Of a DNA stretch of 64,000 bases, positions 26,590 through 36,903 are shown piece by piece (positions within the stretch are counted from its first letter, which is position 1; each line of letters begins with the position of its first letter). A program made the translations under genes and the position numbers. This DNA comes from an uncultured Chloroflexia bacterium (GTDB lineage: Bacteria; Chloroflexota; Limnocylindria; Limnocylindrales; CSP1-4): contig CAWFXA010000003.1 in the NCBI GenBank assembly GCA_963819655.1, positions 480,001-544,000 of the forward strand. Direction: 5' to 3'. The notes beneath the pieces are model-generated. The model did not search any database. It saw only the letters and a program-made list of their open reading frames with translations, and had not been told where the DNA came from.

Positions 26590-27180
26590 GTGGACCTCGG
26601 AACGTTCTTCGGCAGTATCCAGACCGTCGATCTGGTGCTTGCGCTCCTCTTCATGGGGTTCTTCGTGCTGGGCTTCGCGCAGGGCACGATCCGCCGCCTG
26701 ATCGGCGTCGGCTCCATCCTCTTCTCGTTCCTGTTCGCCGCGAATATTGCTGAACCGTTCGGCGCGTTCCTGGCAACGAACTGGTATCACCTGCCCAAGG
26801 AATACTCATACATGGTCGGCTTCATGACGATCTTCGTGGCCGCGTCCCTCGCCTTCGCGATCGTCGTCCAGGGCTTCTATCGACCGCAGCCCCTGTTCGA
26901 GAAGGCCCGATTCGTGGACGAGATCCTCGGCGGACTGCTGGGGCTCCTGCAGTTTGCGATCATCCTCGGATCGGTCGTGATCATCCTCGATTCGTTCTTC
27001 CGCCTGTCGGGTATCGCCCAGGACCCGGACGAGATCGAGTTCCTGCGCAACCTGTGGGTGTTCCTGGATGGCTCGCAGATCGTCGAGGTCTTCCGGACGA
27101 CGCTCATCCCGGCGTTCTTCGTGCTCGTCGGCCTGTTCATCCCGAGCAACATCAAGCAGATGTACCCAGGCGGCTCCTGA
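26590..27180 (+). CDS. cvpA: CvpA family membrane protein
   Basis: GFAQG, DEILGGLLG; GGAGG SD; typical pheT-cvpA-mutS2 context. Confidence 0.8.
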   Translation: MDLGTFFGSIQTVDLVLALLFMGFFVLGFAQGTIRRLIGVGSILFSFLFAANIAEPFGAFLATNWYHLPKEYSYMVGFMTIFVAASLAFAIVVQGFYRPQPLFEKARFVDEILGGLLGLLQFAIILGSVVIILDSFFRLSGIAQDPDEIEFLRNLWVFLDGSQIVEVFRTTLIPAFFVLVGLFIPSNIKQMYPGGS

Positions 27181-27866
27181 GCGTCATCGACCGAAGGACG
27201 CTGACCGGCGCGACGCCGGAGGTCGCCCGGACACTGCTCGGCGTTCGGCTCGTCCGCGAGGACGACACCGGGCGCCGGGTCGGGCGACTCGTCGAGGTCG
27301 AGGCGTACGGCGGACCCGACGATCGCGCCTCGCATGCCCGTTTCGAGAGCAGACGCCGCAACCGTGTCATGGCCGGACCGGCGGGCGTCGCCTACGTGTA
27401 CCTTGTCTATGGGATGTACGACTGTCTGAACGTCGTGACGGGCACGGAGAGCGCTCCCGCGGCGGTGCTGATCCGTGCGGTCGAGCCGATGGCCGGGCTG
27501 GATCGCATGCGCGCCGGCCGACTGACGGTCGAGGCGCGCCGAAAGGCGTCGCGCACGCCTGACGGCCTCGAAGCCGCACGGGCTCGCCTGGAGCTCACGC
27601 CCGATCATCGGCTCGCGAGCGGACCCGGGCTCGTCGCGGCGGCCTTCGGCGTCGATACGAGCTGGACCGGCCTCGACCTGTGCGCGGCCGACGCCCCGTT
27701 GCGCCTCGAGCGTGACCCTGACGTTCCCGACGACACGATCGCGTCCGATGCCATCGCGGCCAGCACACGGGTCGGCGTCGCCTACGCCGGCCCCGACTGG
27801 GCGAGTCGGGCGTGGCGATTCTCGATCGCGGGCCACCGATCGGTGTCGGGCCCGCGCCCTCGCTAG
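27177..27866 (+). CDS. mpg: DNA-3-methyladenine glycosylase (MPG/AAG family)
   Basis: VARTLLG, VEVEAY, DRASHA, AYVYLVYGM, AVLIRAVEP, SGPG, RVGV; start uncertain (possibly CTG overlapping cvpA stop). Confidence 0.9.
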   Translation: MSVIDRRTLTGATPEVARTLLGVRLVREDDTGRRVGRLVEVEAYGGPDDRASHARFESRRRNRVMAGPAGVAYVYLVYGMYDCLNVVTGTESAPAAVLIRAVEPMAGLDRMRAGRLTVEARRKASRTPDGLEAARARLELTPDHRLASGPGLVAAAFGVDTSWTGLDLCAADAPLRLERDPDVPDDTIASDAIAASTRVGVAYAGPDWASRAWRFSIAGHRSVSGPRPR

Positions 27867-27877
27867 TCGGTCGACGA

Positions 27878-30242
27878 ATGGACGCGCGCTCCCAGGCCCT
27901 TCTCGAGTTCCCGCTCGTCCGCGACCGGCTGGCGGCGGCCACCTCGTTCCCACCGTCGCGTCGGCTGGCCGAGGCGCTCGAGCCGTCGTCGGATCCGGTC
28001 GTCGTCGCGCGCCAGCTCGACGAGACCGACCAGACGCGGGCGCTCTTGTCGGACCACCCGGGTGTGGGCGTCGGTGCGGCGCATGATATCGGCCCGTCGA
28101 TCGAACGCGCGGTCCGTGGCGGGCGGCTCGATCCGGAACAGTTCCTGGCGATCGCCGACACCCTCGATGCGACCGCGCGGCTGGCGACGTCGCTCGCCGA
28201 CGAGCGCCGGCCGTTGTTGCGCGAGCTCGGTCACGAGCTCCATCCGCTGCCGGCCGTCCGCAGCACGCTGGCGCGAAGCTTCGACCCGGTCGGGGAGCTG
28301 CTCGACACCGCATCGCCCCGGCTCGGCGGGCTGCGGGCCGCGGTCCGCGTCGCGTACGACCGCCTTCGCCGCCGCCTCGACGCGCTCGTGGGGGCGGAGC
28401 TCGGCAGTGCGCTCCAGGAGCCGATCGTCACGCTGCGCAACGGGCGATACGTCGTCCCAGTCAAGGCGGAGGCGCGATCGCGCGTCAAGGGCATCGTCCA
28501 CGACGCCTCGGGCAGCGGCCAGACGTTATTCGTGGAACCGCTCGTCGCGGTCGAGCTCGGCAATGCGTGGCGCGAGGCGCAGGTCGCCGAGCGTGAGGAG
28601 ATCGCGCGCATCCTCGACGAGCTGTCGGCGCTCATCGCGGTCAACGGGCCGAGTCTGCGTGAGACCCTCGACGCGCTCGCGCGCTTCGACCTGTGGGCCG
28701 CCAAGGCTGTCCTCGCGTCCGAGATGGACGCCACCCGCGCCGAGACCGCCGACCGGCCCGAGGTCGTGCTGCTGTCTGCACGCCACCCCGGTCTGAGCGG
28801 TCGCGTCGTCCCGATCGACGTCCGTATCGGCGACGGCTACACGGCCCTCGTCGTGACCGGCCCGAATACCGGTGGCAAGACCGTCACCCTGCGGACCCTC
28901 GGGCTCTTGAGCCTGATGCATCAGGCCGGTCTCCACATCCCCGCCGAGGCCGGCAGTCGCCTGCCCGTGTGGCGCGACGTGTTCGCGGACATCGGGGATG
29001 AGCAGTCGGTCGCGCAGTCGCTGTCGACGTTCTCGGGCCACTTGCGGCGGATCACGACGATCGTGGCCGAGGCGGGACCCGGCACCCTCGTCCTGCTCGA
29101 CGAGCTCGGCGCCGGGACCGACCCGACCGAGGGCTCGGCTCTCGCCCAGGCCCTGCTCGACCACTTCATCCGGGCGGGCGCCATCGTGGCGGCAACGACG
29201 CACTACGCCGAGCTCAAGGCGTACGCCCACACGACGCCCGGGGCACGCAACGCGGCGGTCGAGTTCGACCTCGACACGCTGTCGCCGACGTACAAGCTCA
29301 CGATCGGGCTGCCCGGTGGCAGCCAGGCGTTCGCGATCGCCGAGCGGCTCGGATCTGCCGGAATCGATCGTGGCCGACGCCCGCTCACGCCTGACCGAGA
29401 CGCAGCGCTCGTTCGAGGCGACGCTGGCCGCCATCCGCGAGACCGAGGGCGAGACGAGCGACGCGCTGGATCGCGCCCGTGCCGCCGAGGTACGCGCCGC
29501 CGATGCGTTACGGACCGCGGAGGAGGAGCGCCGGCGCGCCCGTCGCGAGCGCGACGAGCATGTGCGGACGGCGCGCGAGGAGGCCGACAAGGTCGTCGCC
29601 GACCTGCGCGCCGAGCTGGCGACCACGCGCCGTGCGCTGGAGCGCGAGACTGTCACCGCCTCGTCGCTGGATGCCGCGCTGGGCCGCGCGGAGGCTATCG
29701 CCGAGAGACTTCCAGCGAACGAGGAAGCCAGGCCAGCCCCGTTCGAGCCCGCGGAGGCGCGTGCCTGGAAGGTGGGCGATCGGGCTCGCAGCCGATCGGG
29801 CGGATGGGAGGGTCGGATCGCCGCGCTCGAGAAGGGCGGCCGCCGGGGCACGCTCGAGGCAGGCGGGATGCGCGTGACCGTCGAGGTCGACGACCTCGTG
29901 CCGGCGCTCGGGCTGCCGACCGCCGTCGGCGCGGGTGCCGGCCGCTCGAGCACCGCAGCCACATCGAACGCCGCGGCGCTGCGCATGGAGCGGGCGCGCA
30001 GCGTGGCGTCGTCTCTCGACCTACGGGGTGCCCGGGTGGAGGAGGCGCTCGAGGCGCTGGATCGCTACATCGATGACGCCGCGGTCGCGGGGCTGGGCTC
30101 GGTGACGATCATCCACGGCATGGGCACGGGCGCCCTACGTGATGCAGTCAGGGCCGCTGCCGCGGGCCATCCCTTGGTTCGCTCCGCGCGACCGGGAGAG
30201 CGCGGCGAGGGCGGCGACGGAGCGACGGTCGTCAGCCTCTGA
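27878..30242 (+). CDS. mutS2: Endonuclease MutS2; frameshifted near 29353
   Basis: TGPNTGGKT, DIGDEQS, LLDELGAGTDP in first frame; coiled coil, KOW and Smr (LDLRG, IIHGMGTG, GEGGDG) in next frame. Confidence 0.92.
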
Positions 30243-30257
30243 TCGACCCGACGCCGG

Positions 30258-32942
30258 TCAGGTCGGCTTCGGTGGTTTCGACTTGGTCGGGCCGGGTGGC
30301 AGACACGTCTCGGGGAGGGCCGGGTCGCACGACGGCGGCGGCGTCTCCACGGGTGCGATCGGGCACTTCGCGGACGGCGCGAACGGCGCACCCCACGACT
30401 TCCCGAACGGCGCGAACGAATTGTTGTAGAAGTACGAGGTCCTGGTCCCCTCGGGGCCGCCCCGACGCCCGGCGCCCTTGGCCGCCCTGGCCGCCCAGTT
30501 GCGGTTCGCCTTCTGCCAGTTCGGGAAGTTGCTCTCGACCTCGTTGAGGTTGAAGAAGCCGCGCGTCACGCGCGGACCGGCGCACCCCTCGCGCCACAGC
30601 AGCCCCGACGCCGCGTCGACGTCACGCGAGACGCGGATCGTCTCCCGCTCGGTCGGGATCGTGCCCTTGATGAACAGCTCCTTGACGGTCTTCTTCGTGA
30701 ACGGGCCGGGCTTGAGGCCGGTGAATGCGTCGACGGTGGCCGTCTGGAGCCCACCCGGGGCCTTGAAGTTGGCGATGGCCTGCTTGGAGCTGACCTCCTG
30801 CATGATCGCCGACCACAGCGGCGCCGATGAATCGAGCGACAGGCTGCCGCGGTTCGGTGCGTTGTTGCTGTTGCCCATCCAGACGCCGACCGCGAGGGCG
30901 GGCACGTTCTTGCTGGCGGGCGGCGCCAGATAGCCGTACGCGTGCACGTCGCGGTTGTCGTTGGTCGTCCCCGTCTTGTATGCGGCCGGCCGGCGCTTCC
31001 CGCCCTTGTAGACGGCGAACTCGCCCCAGTACGGGTTGATCTTGGGCTGGGTGTTGCCGGCCAGGATGTCGGTGATGATGTACGCCGCCTGCGGGCTGAT
31101 GACCTCGGTGCCCTCGAGCTTGCCGGTGCCGGTCGGCCAGACCTGCAGGCCGTTCTCGTCGACCACGTTCAAGATCAGCTGGCGCGGCATGCGAACGCCG
31201 CCGTTTGCGATCGTCGAGTAAGCCGAGAGCATGTCGATCGGGTGTGTCTCGAGCGTGCCGATGCCCATCGAGGTGACCGGGAGCGCAGTCGACGGGAAGA
31301 CAAGGCCGAAGTCCTGGCTGCGCTCGAAGGTGTGCTCGAGTCCCTGCATGATCGTGGCCTTGATGGCAGGGATATTCAGGGAGAACTGCAGCGCACTGCG
31401 GACGCGGACGGGACCGCGCTCGAGCTTGTCGGCCTGGGTCGGGGTGAAGCCACGTCCGAAGTTGGTCACGACATCCATCAGCATCGTGCTGGCCGTGATG
31501 GTCTCGTCGTCGATGCCGATGGCGTAGTCGATGGGCTTGATCGACGACCCGGGCTGGCGCCAGCCGTCGGACAGGACGTCGAATTGGGGCTGGAACTTCT
31601 TGGTCCCCTTGTGCGTGTAGCTCGCGCTGCCGACGTAGGCCAGGACCTGGCCGGTGCGGTAGTCCATGACGGCAGATGCGGCGTTGTGGATGTTGCGGCC
31701 GCGCAGGTTCAGGATCCAGCCCCGCTCACCGCGCGGGATCTTGCGCTGGCTGAGGATCTGACTGGCCTTCGACGACTGCGGCGCCCGGGCCGCGACGAAC
31801 ACCCATTTCTCGGTTGCCTTCTGCATCGTCCAGTCGAGCGTCGTCGTCACCCGGTAGCCGCCAGTGTCGACCTTCTCGCAGTCGGTCGGCGTATCCGGGC
31901 ACAGGATCGTTGCCAGCTCTTCGCGCACCTGCCACACGAAATGTGGCGCGCGCCACGAGGCGGAGACCTGCGGCTTGATGATGACCGGCGCCAGCTTGGC
32001 CTCCTCGAACTCCTGGGTCGTGTGGCGTTTCCCGCTCAACGGGCTGCGCGTCTTCATCAGGTCGAGCACGTAGTTGCGCCGCTGGACGATCTCGGACGAC
32101 GCGGGGACCTCGAGTCGGGATTCCTGGCACACCTCGTCCGATTCGGGGTCTGGCGGCGGGTCGTCGAGGCAGACCTCCTCGGCGTTCCGCATGAGGTCGA
32201 ATCTGGTCGGTGACTGCGGGATCGCGGCCAGGATCGCGTACTCGGCGAGCGTCAGGTCCTCGAGCGCCTTGCCGAAGTAGCCCTTGGCGGCCGCTTTGAC
32301 GCCGTACGTCTGGTTGCCGTAGAAATTCTGGTTCAGGTAGGCCGTGATGATGTCCTGCTTGCCCTTGTCGCCGGGGTACGCCTCGGTCAGGCGGATCGAC
32401 TGGATGATCTCGCGGATCTTGCGCTCGTAGGTCGTGTCGGCGAAGGCCTCGGGCGGCAGGAGCCGTGCGCGGACGAGCTGCTGGGTGATCGTCGATGCGC
32501 CTCGCGGCCGGCCCGAGATGGTGTCCAGCCCGGCGCTGACGATGGCCGACGCATCGAACCCCGGGTTCGTCCAGAAGAACTGGTCCTCGATGGCGGTCGT
32601 GGCGTCGAGCATCTCGTCGGGGATGGCCGCGAACGACACGACCTCGCGACGGAGGGTGCCGAGACGTGCCAGCTCGACCTCGCCGGTCCGGTCCTTGACG
32701 ATCGTCTGCTGCTGGAAGGTCAGGTCCTTGAGGGCGGTCGAGGGGTCGGGCAGGCCCTGGGCGTAGAAGTTGTAGGCAGCCACGGTGAACAACGTCCCGG
32801 CGCCGGCCGTGAGGACGGTGACAAGCAGGACGATGATCGGGATGGCGATGAGGATGCGGCGCGCGACGGTTCCGCCACGGCCAGTCGGTCGGCGGTTGAG
32901 GGAGCGCCGATGGCGCTGCCGCCTAGCGAGGGTCGTCTGCAT
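30258..32942 (-). CDS. Class A penicillin-binding protein (transglycosylase/transpeptidase)
   Basis: AIED, GASTITQQL, RKIRE, YLN; QPGSSIKP (SxxK), SLN, KTGT. Confidence 0.93.
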   Translation of the reverse strand: MQTTLARRQRHRRSLNRRPTGRGGTVARRILIAIPIIVLLVTVLTAGAGTLFTVAAYNFYAQGLPDPSTALKDLTFQQQTIVKDRTGEVELARLGTLRREVVSFAAIPDEMLDATTAIEDQFFWTNPGFDASAIVSAGLDTISGRPRGASTITQQLVRARLLPPEAFADTTYERKIREIIQSIRLTEAYPGDKGKQDIITAYLNQNFYGNQTYGVKAAAKGYFGKALEDLTLAEYAILAAIPQSPTRFDLMRNAEEVCLDDPPPDPESDEVCQESRLEVPASSEIVQRRNYVLDLMKTRSPLSGKRHTTQEFEEAKLAPVIIKPQVSASWRAPHFVWQVREELATILCPDTPTDCEKVDTGGYRVTTTLDWTMQKATEKWVFVAARAPQSSKASQILSQRKIPRGERGWILNLRGRNIHNAASAVMDYRTGQVLAYVGSASYTHKGTKKFQPQFDVLSDGWRQPGSSIKPIDYAIGIDDETITASTMLMDVVTNFGRGFTPTQADKLERGPVRVRSALQFSLNIPAIKATIMQGLEHTFERSQDFGLVFPSTALPVTSMGIGTLETHPIDMLSAYSTIANGGVRMPRQLILNVVDENGLQVWPTGTGKLEGTEVISPQAAYIITDILAGNTQPKINPYWGEFAVYKGGKRRPAAYKTGTTNDNRDVHAYGYLAPPASKNVPALAVGVWMGNSNNAPNRGSLSLDSSAPLWSAIMQEVSSKQAIANFKAPGGLQTATVDAFTGLKPGPFTKKTVKELFIKGTIPTERETIRVSRDVDAASGLLWREGCAGPRVTRGFFNLNEVESNFPNWQKANRNWAARAAKGAGRRGGPEGTRTSYFYNNSFAPFGKSWGAPFAPSAKCPIAPVETPPPSCDPALPETCLPPGPTKSKPPKPT

Positions 32943-33025
32943 CTGAGCCCGCACGATAGCATAGGGTTTGTGAACGACCGTTCGTGGCTGGCCGTCCGCT
33001 TGCAGACGATGTGGCGCACCCGGCT

Positions 33026-34330
33026 GTGACGGCGACACCCTCCGCCGGAGCGGGCACCGACTTCCTCGCCGAGCTCGAATGGCGCGGCATCCTGCATGCC
33101 ACGACCCCCGGGCTGGCCGATCGACTGGCCACGGGCCGGCCGATCGCCGGGTACATCGGGTTCGATCCCTCGGCCGATTCCCTGCACGTCGGCCACCTCG
33201 TACCGATCTTCGGGCTGCTGCGCCTGCAGCGGGCCGGTGGCCGGCCGATCGCGGTCGTCGGCGGTGGGACGGGGATGATCGGCGACCCGTCCGGCCGGTC
33301 GGCCGAGCGCAACCTGCTCGATCGGGCGACGTTGGAGACGAACCTCGCGGGGATCCGCGGTCAGCTCGAACGCTTCCTCGACTTCACGCCCGGATCGGGC
33401 GGCGCGGTGATGGTCAACAACCTCGATTGGCTCGGCGAGCTGTCGCTCATCGAATTCCTGCGCGACACCGGTAAGCACTTCACCGTGCCGTACATGCTCG
33501 CCAAGGACTCCGTCCAGGTGCGCCTCGAGCGCGGCCTGTCGTTCACGGAGTTCAGCTACATGCTCCTGCAGGCGTACGACTTCTGGTACCTCCACCGCAC
33601 GATGGGCGTCGAGCTGCAGATGGGCGGCGCCGACCAATGGGGCAACATCACGGCCGGTCTCGAGCTCATCCGGCGGACGAGCGGAGTAGGGGATGAGGCC
33701 GCCGAACAGCCGGCGCACGGACTGGCCTACAAGCTGCTGCTCTCACCGTCTGGGTCCAAGTTCGGCAAGAGCGAATCAGGCGAGTCGATCTGGCTGGACC
33801 CGAAGCGGACGACGCCGTTCGCGTTCTACCAGTACTGGCTCAACACCGACGACCGGGATGTCGGCACGTACCTGCGCTGGTTCACGGAGATGGGCCGCGA
33901 GGAGATCGAGGCGCTGGAGCGCGAGGGGGTCGACCGACCCGAGGCACGGGGCGCACAGCGGGCGCTGGCGCGCGACATCACCGCCCGGACCCACGGGGAG
34001 GCCGTCGCCGCGCAGGCCGCGGCCGACGGCGAGGCCCTGTTCTCGAACGCACCTGTCACCGATCCGGACGTGCTGGAGTCGCTGTTCGACTCGACCGGCG
34101 GGTTCACCTTCACCGAGGCGATCCGGGCGGCTGGCGTCGCGGCGCTGCTCGCTGACACTGGCGTCGTGGCATCCCGCGGCGAGGCGCGGCGATTGATCGC
34201 CGGTGGTGGCGTCTCGATCGATGGGACGCGGGTGTCGGATCCTGCGTTCGTCCCGGAGCTGATCGGCGGGGAGTGGCTGGACGTCCGGATCGGCAAGCGG
34301 CGGCGGGCGATCGGCCGCAGGGTGGGCTGA
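33026..34330 (+). CDS. tyrS: Tyrosine--tRNA ligase
   Basis: GFDPSADSLHVGH, GDPSG, YMLLQAYD, QMGGADQWGN, KFGKS, S4-like C-terminus; start approximate. Confidence 0.96.
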   Translation: MTATPSAGAGTDFLAELEWRGILHATTPGLADRLATGRPIAGYIGFDPSADSLHVGHLVPIFGLLRLQRAGGRPIAVVGGGTGMIGDPSGRSAERNLLDRATLETNLAGIRGQLERFLDFTPGSGGAVMVNNLDWLGELSLIEFLRDTGKHFTVPYMLAKDSVQVRLERGLSFTEFSYMLLQAYDFWYLHRTMGVELQMGGADQWGNITAGLELIRRTSGVGDEAAEQPAHGLAYKLLLSPSGSKFGKSESGESIWLDPKRTTPFAFYQYWLNTDDRDVGTYLRWFTEMGREEIEALEREGVDRPEARGAQRALARDITARTHGEAVAAQAAADGEALFSNAPVTDPDVLESLFDSTGGFTFTEAIRAAGVAALLADTGVVASRGEARRLIAGGGVSIDGTRVSDPAFVPELIGGEWLDVRIGKRRRAIGRRVG

Positions 34331-34332
34331 GG

Positions 34333-35478
34333 CTAAGACCCGGTCGGGGGCTCGATCTCGCGTGCTGCCGCGATGAGTCGATCGTTCTGCTCGGGGCTGC
34401 GGACCGTGAGCCGCAGATGATCGGCGAGCGGGTGGGTGTCCGGGAACGTGCGCGGAACGAGGCCGCGCTGGAGCAGGCCCTCGGCGACCGCCGCGGCGCG
34501 GTCGACCGATCCGAAGTCGACGAGCAGGAAGTTCGTGACCGATGGGCCCACCGACCAGCCTGCCTCCGAGAGAGCGGCCGATAGCCGGGCGCGCTCGGCG
34601 GCGACGCGTTCGACGTTCGTCGCGGCCAGGGTCGGGTCGCGCAGCGCCTCTGTCACCACCGTGACTGACACGGTCGACACCGAACCCGGGGGCCGGATCG
34701 GGTTCATCCGCGCGACCAGTTCCGGTCGCGCGATCCCGAACCCGACGCGGAGACCTGCCAACGCGTAGGCCTTGCTCGCCGTGCGGATCGCGACGACGTT
34801 CGGGTGGTCGAAGCGCAGTGCGGCGAGCGAGCCACCGGCGAACTCCGCGTACGCCTCGTCGATGACTACGATCGGGACGGGTCGGCCGGCCGCCCCGGCG
34901 TCGCCCGCGATCTGTCCGAGCATCGACTGGATCGCGCCGTCTGGCTCGGCGAGGGCCGTCGGGTTGTTGGGCGAGGCCAACCAGAGCAGGGCGGCTTCTC
35001 GGGCGGCGTCCCTGACGGCCGGGAGATCGAGCGCGTAGCCCTCCCCGGCGCCCAGCCGCGGAACGAGGACCGCCTCTGCACCGCGCTGCTCAGTGAGGAC
35101 CCGGAACATCGCATACGTCGGGATCGGCACGATCGCCCGCGAGCCCTCGGCGAGGAACGTCTTGGCGATGACATCGAGGATCTCGTCCGCCCCTGCTCCC
35201 ACGACGATCTCGTCGGTTCCGACGCCGTACCGCTCGGCGGCAGCCTCGACCAGTCGGCGATAGTCGGCGGGCGGGTACTCGGACAGCGATACATGGAACC
35301 GACCGGCCGACATCACGCGCTGCGCCACGTCGGGCGGCACCGGCGCAGTGTTGAGGTCGAATCGGACAACGTCGTCGATGGGCGCGCCGTAGCGAGCGGA
35401 GACCTCCTCGTTCGTGGCTTCCCACGTGTACGACGACGGCTGGTTCGGCGTGGCGAACGTCACGGGCGTCGGGCTCAT
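34333..35478 (-). CDS. hisC: Histidinol-phosphate aminotransferase family
   Basis: GAGADE, SPNNPT, IDEAYAEF, RTASKAYALAGLRVG; downstream of YerC-like regulator. Confidence 0.85.
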   Translation of the reverse strand: MSPTPVTFATPNQPSSYTWEATNEEVSARYGAPIDDVVRFDLNTAPVPPDVAQRVMSAGRFHVSLSEYPPADYRRLVEAAAERYGVGTDEIVVGAGADEILDVIAKTFLAEGSRAIVPIPTYAMFRVLTEQRGAEAVLVPRLGAGEGYALDLPAVRDAAREAALLWLASPNNPTALAEPDGAIQSMLGQIAGDAGAAGRPVPIVVIDEAYAEFAGGSLAALRFDHPNVVAIRTASKAYALAGLRVGFGIARPELVARMNPIRPPGSVSTVSVTVVTEALRDPTLAATNVERVAAERARLSAALSEAGWSVGPSVTNFLLVDFGSVDRAAAVAEGLLQRGLVPRTFPDTHPLADHLRLTVRSPEQNDRLIAAAREIEPPTGS

Positions 35479-35509
35479 CCGGGCGGCGTCCTCGGTGCGG
35501 CAGATGTCG

Positions 35510-35797
35510 CTATCGTGCCATCTTGGCGAGCATCGCCCGGTAGCCGCCCTCACCGTGCTTGAGCCACGACGCGATCCGCGTGATGGTCGCCGTGCTGGCC
35601 CCGGTCAGCCGCGAGATGTCCGCGTAATGGAGACCCTGGTCGAGCATCCGCACGACGGCCCAGCGCTGGCCCATATCGTGCAGCTCACCAAGGGTGCACA
35701 GGTCGCGGAAGAACGAGGCTGCCTCATCCGTGTCGTCGAGTCGAACGATCGCTTCGAGGAGCGCCTCGACGTTCGCGGTCCGCCAATCGTCTGCCAT
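35510..35797 (-). CDS. YerC/YecD family TrpR-related regulator (HisR-like)
   Basis: FFRDLCT..EL..MGQRW, TGASTATITRI, GEGGY. Confidence 0.92.
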   Translation of the reverse strand: MADDWRTANVEALLEAIVRLDDTDEAASFFRDLCTLGELHDMGQRWAVVRMLDQGLHYADISRLTGASTATITRIASWLKHGEGGYRAMLAKMAR

Positions 35798-35827
35798 GGG
35801 CCTGCTCCCTTGCTCGCACGTCAGCGT

Positions 35828-35848
35828 TGTAGCACGTTAGCACGCTAC
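35828..35848. promoter_or_regulatory. Candidate TrpR/YerC-type operator
   Basis: TGTAGCACGTTAGCACGCTAC: TAGCACG twice with 8-bp period, upstream of the yerC start. Confidence 0.45.
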
Positions 35849-35943
35849 CACGGCGCGCACTGGCACCACCTGGTCGCCAGTCCATGTCGCGCAGCGCGTC
35901 CCACGGCGCTACATTCCGAATGGAGATATCGAGGAGGAACCCG

Positions 35944-36855
35944 ATGAACCGTACGCGCCGCGCGGTCGCGCTCATCGTCGGCTACGCGCTGGTTGCCACG
36001 CTGTCTGCCGTACCGGCCGCCAGCTACAGCCTGACCGCCGGATCCGCGCTCTGCGACCCGGCTCATGAAGGGGCCGTCGAGTTCGAAGGCAGGGGCGCCA
36101 CGCTGCGGGAGAAGGACCTGGCACAGGTCCATGCCGACCTCCCCGCGTCTGCGAAGGGCAAGGCCAAGCCCGGCTTCACGGCGACCGTGCCGGTGTACTT
36201 CCACGTGATAACTGACGGTGCCGCGGGTAACGTCACCGACTCGCAGATCGACGCGCAGATCGGCGTGCTCAACAACACGTTCGGCGGTGGCGAGGGCGGT
36301 GCGGACACCGGGTTCTCGTTCCGGCTCGCTGGGGTCACACGGACGAACAACGCGGCCTGGTTCGCGTCTGCTTCCGGCGGCGCCGAGAGCGCGATGAAGC
36401 AGACACTGCGCCAGGGCGGGACTGACACCCTGAACGTGTACTCGACGAGCGCCGGCGCGTATCTCGGCTGGGCGTACCTCCCGAGCATCACGGACACCAA
36501 CAGGTCGTATCTCGACGGCATCGTGCTCGACTGGGAATCCATCCCCGGCGTCTCCACGACCTATGCCGGCCGGTATGACCTCGGCGAGACACTCACCCAC
36601 GAAGCCGGTCACTGGTTCAACCTCGAGCACACCTTCTTCGGAGGCTGCAACGCGAAGGGCGATTTCGTCGACGACACCCCGCCCCAGAAGACCCCGACCT
36701 CAGGCTGCCCGATCGGCAAGGACACCTGCAAGGCGCCCGGCGTCGATCCGATCCATAACTACATGGACTACTCGTACGACACCTGCTACACGGAGTTCAC
36801 CGACGGCCAGACGCAACGGATGCGCGACGCCTGGCTGTTCTACCGCGCCGCGTAG
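35944..36855 (+). CDS. Secreted zinc metalloprotease, M43 (pappalysin/ulilysin-like)
   Basis: Signal peptide, VPVYFHVI, HEAGHWFNLEH, NYMDY Met-turn; GAGGAGG SD. Confidence 0.92.
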   Translation: MNRTRRAVALIVGYALVATLSAVPAASYSLTAGSALCDPAHEGAVEFEGRGATLREKDLAQVHADLPASAKGKAKPGFTATVPVYFHVITDGAAGNVTDSQIDAQIGVLNNTFGGGEGGADTGFSFRLAGVTRTNNAAWFASASGGAESAMKQTLRQGGTDTLNVYSTSAGAYLGWAYLPSITDTNRSYLDGIVLDWESIPGVSTTYAGRYDLGETLTHEAGHWFNLEHTFFGGCNAKGDFVDDTPPQKTPTSGCPIGKDTCKAPGVDPIHNYMDYSYDTCYTEFTDGQTQRMRDAWLFYRAA

Positions 36856-36903
36856 GCGGGCCACCGGTCGCGAGCCGACCCGGCGCTGGCGCTCAACCGA
36901 ACG

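Noticed and set aside
29340-29360. Programmed frameshift producing MutS2 with or without the Smr domain
   Set aside because: No slippery heptamer is visible and similar indels occur in many unrelated genes; assembly error is more parsimonious.
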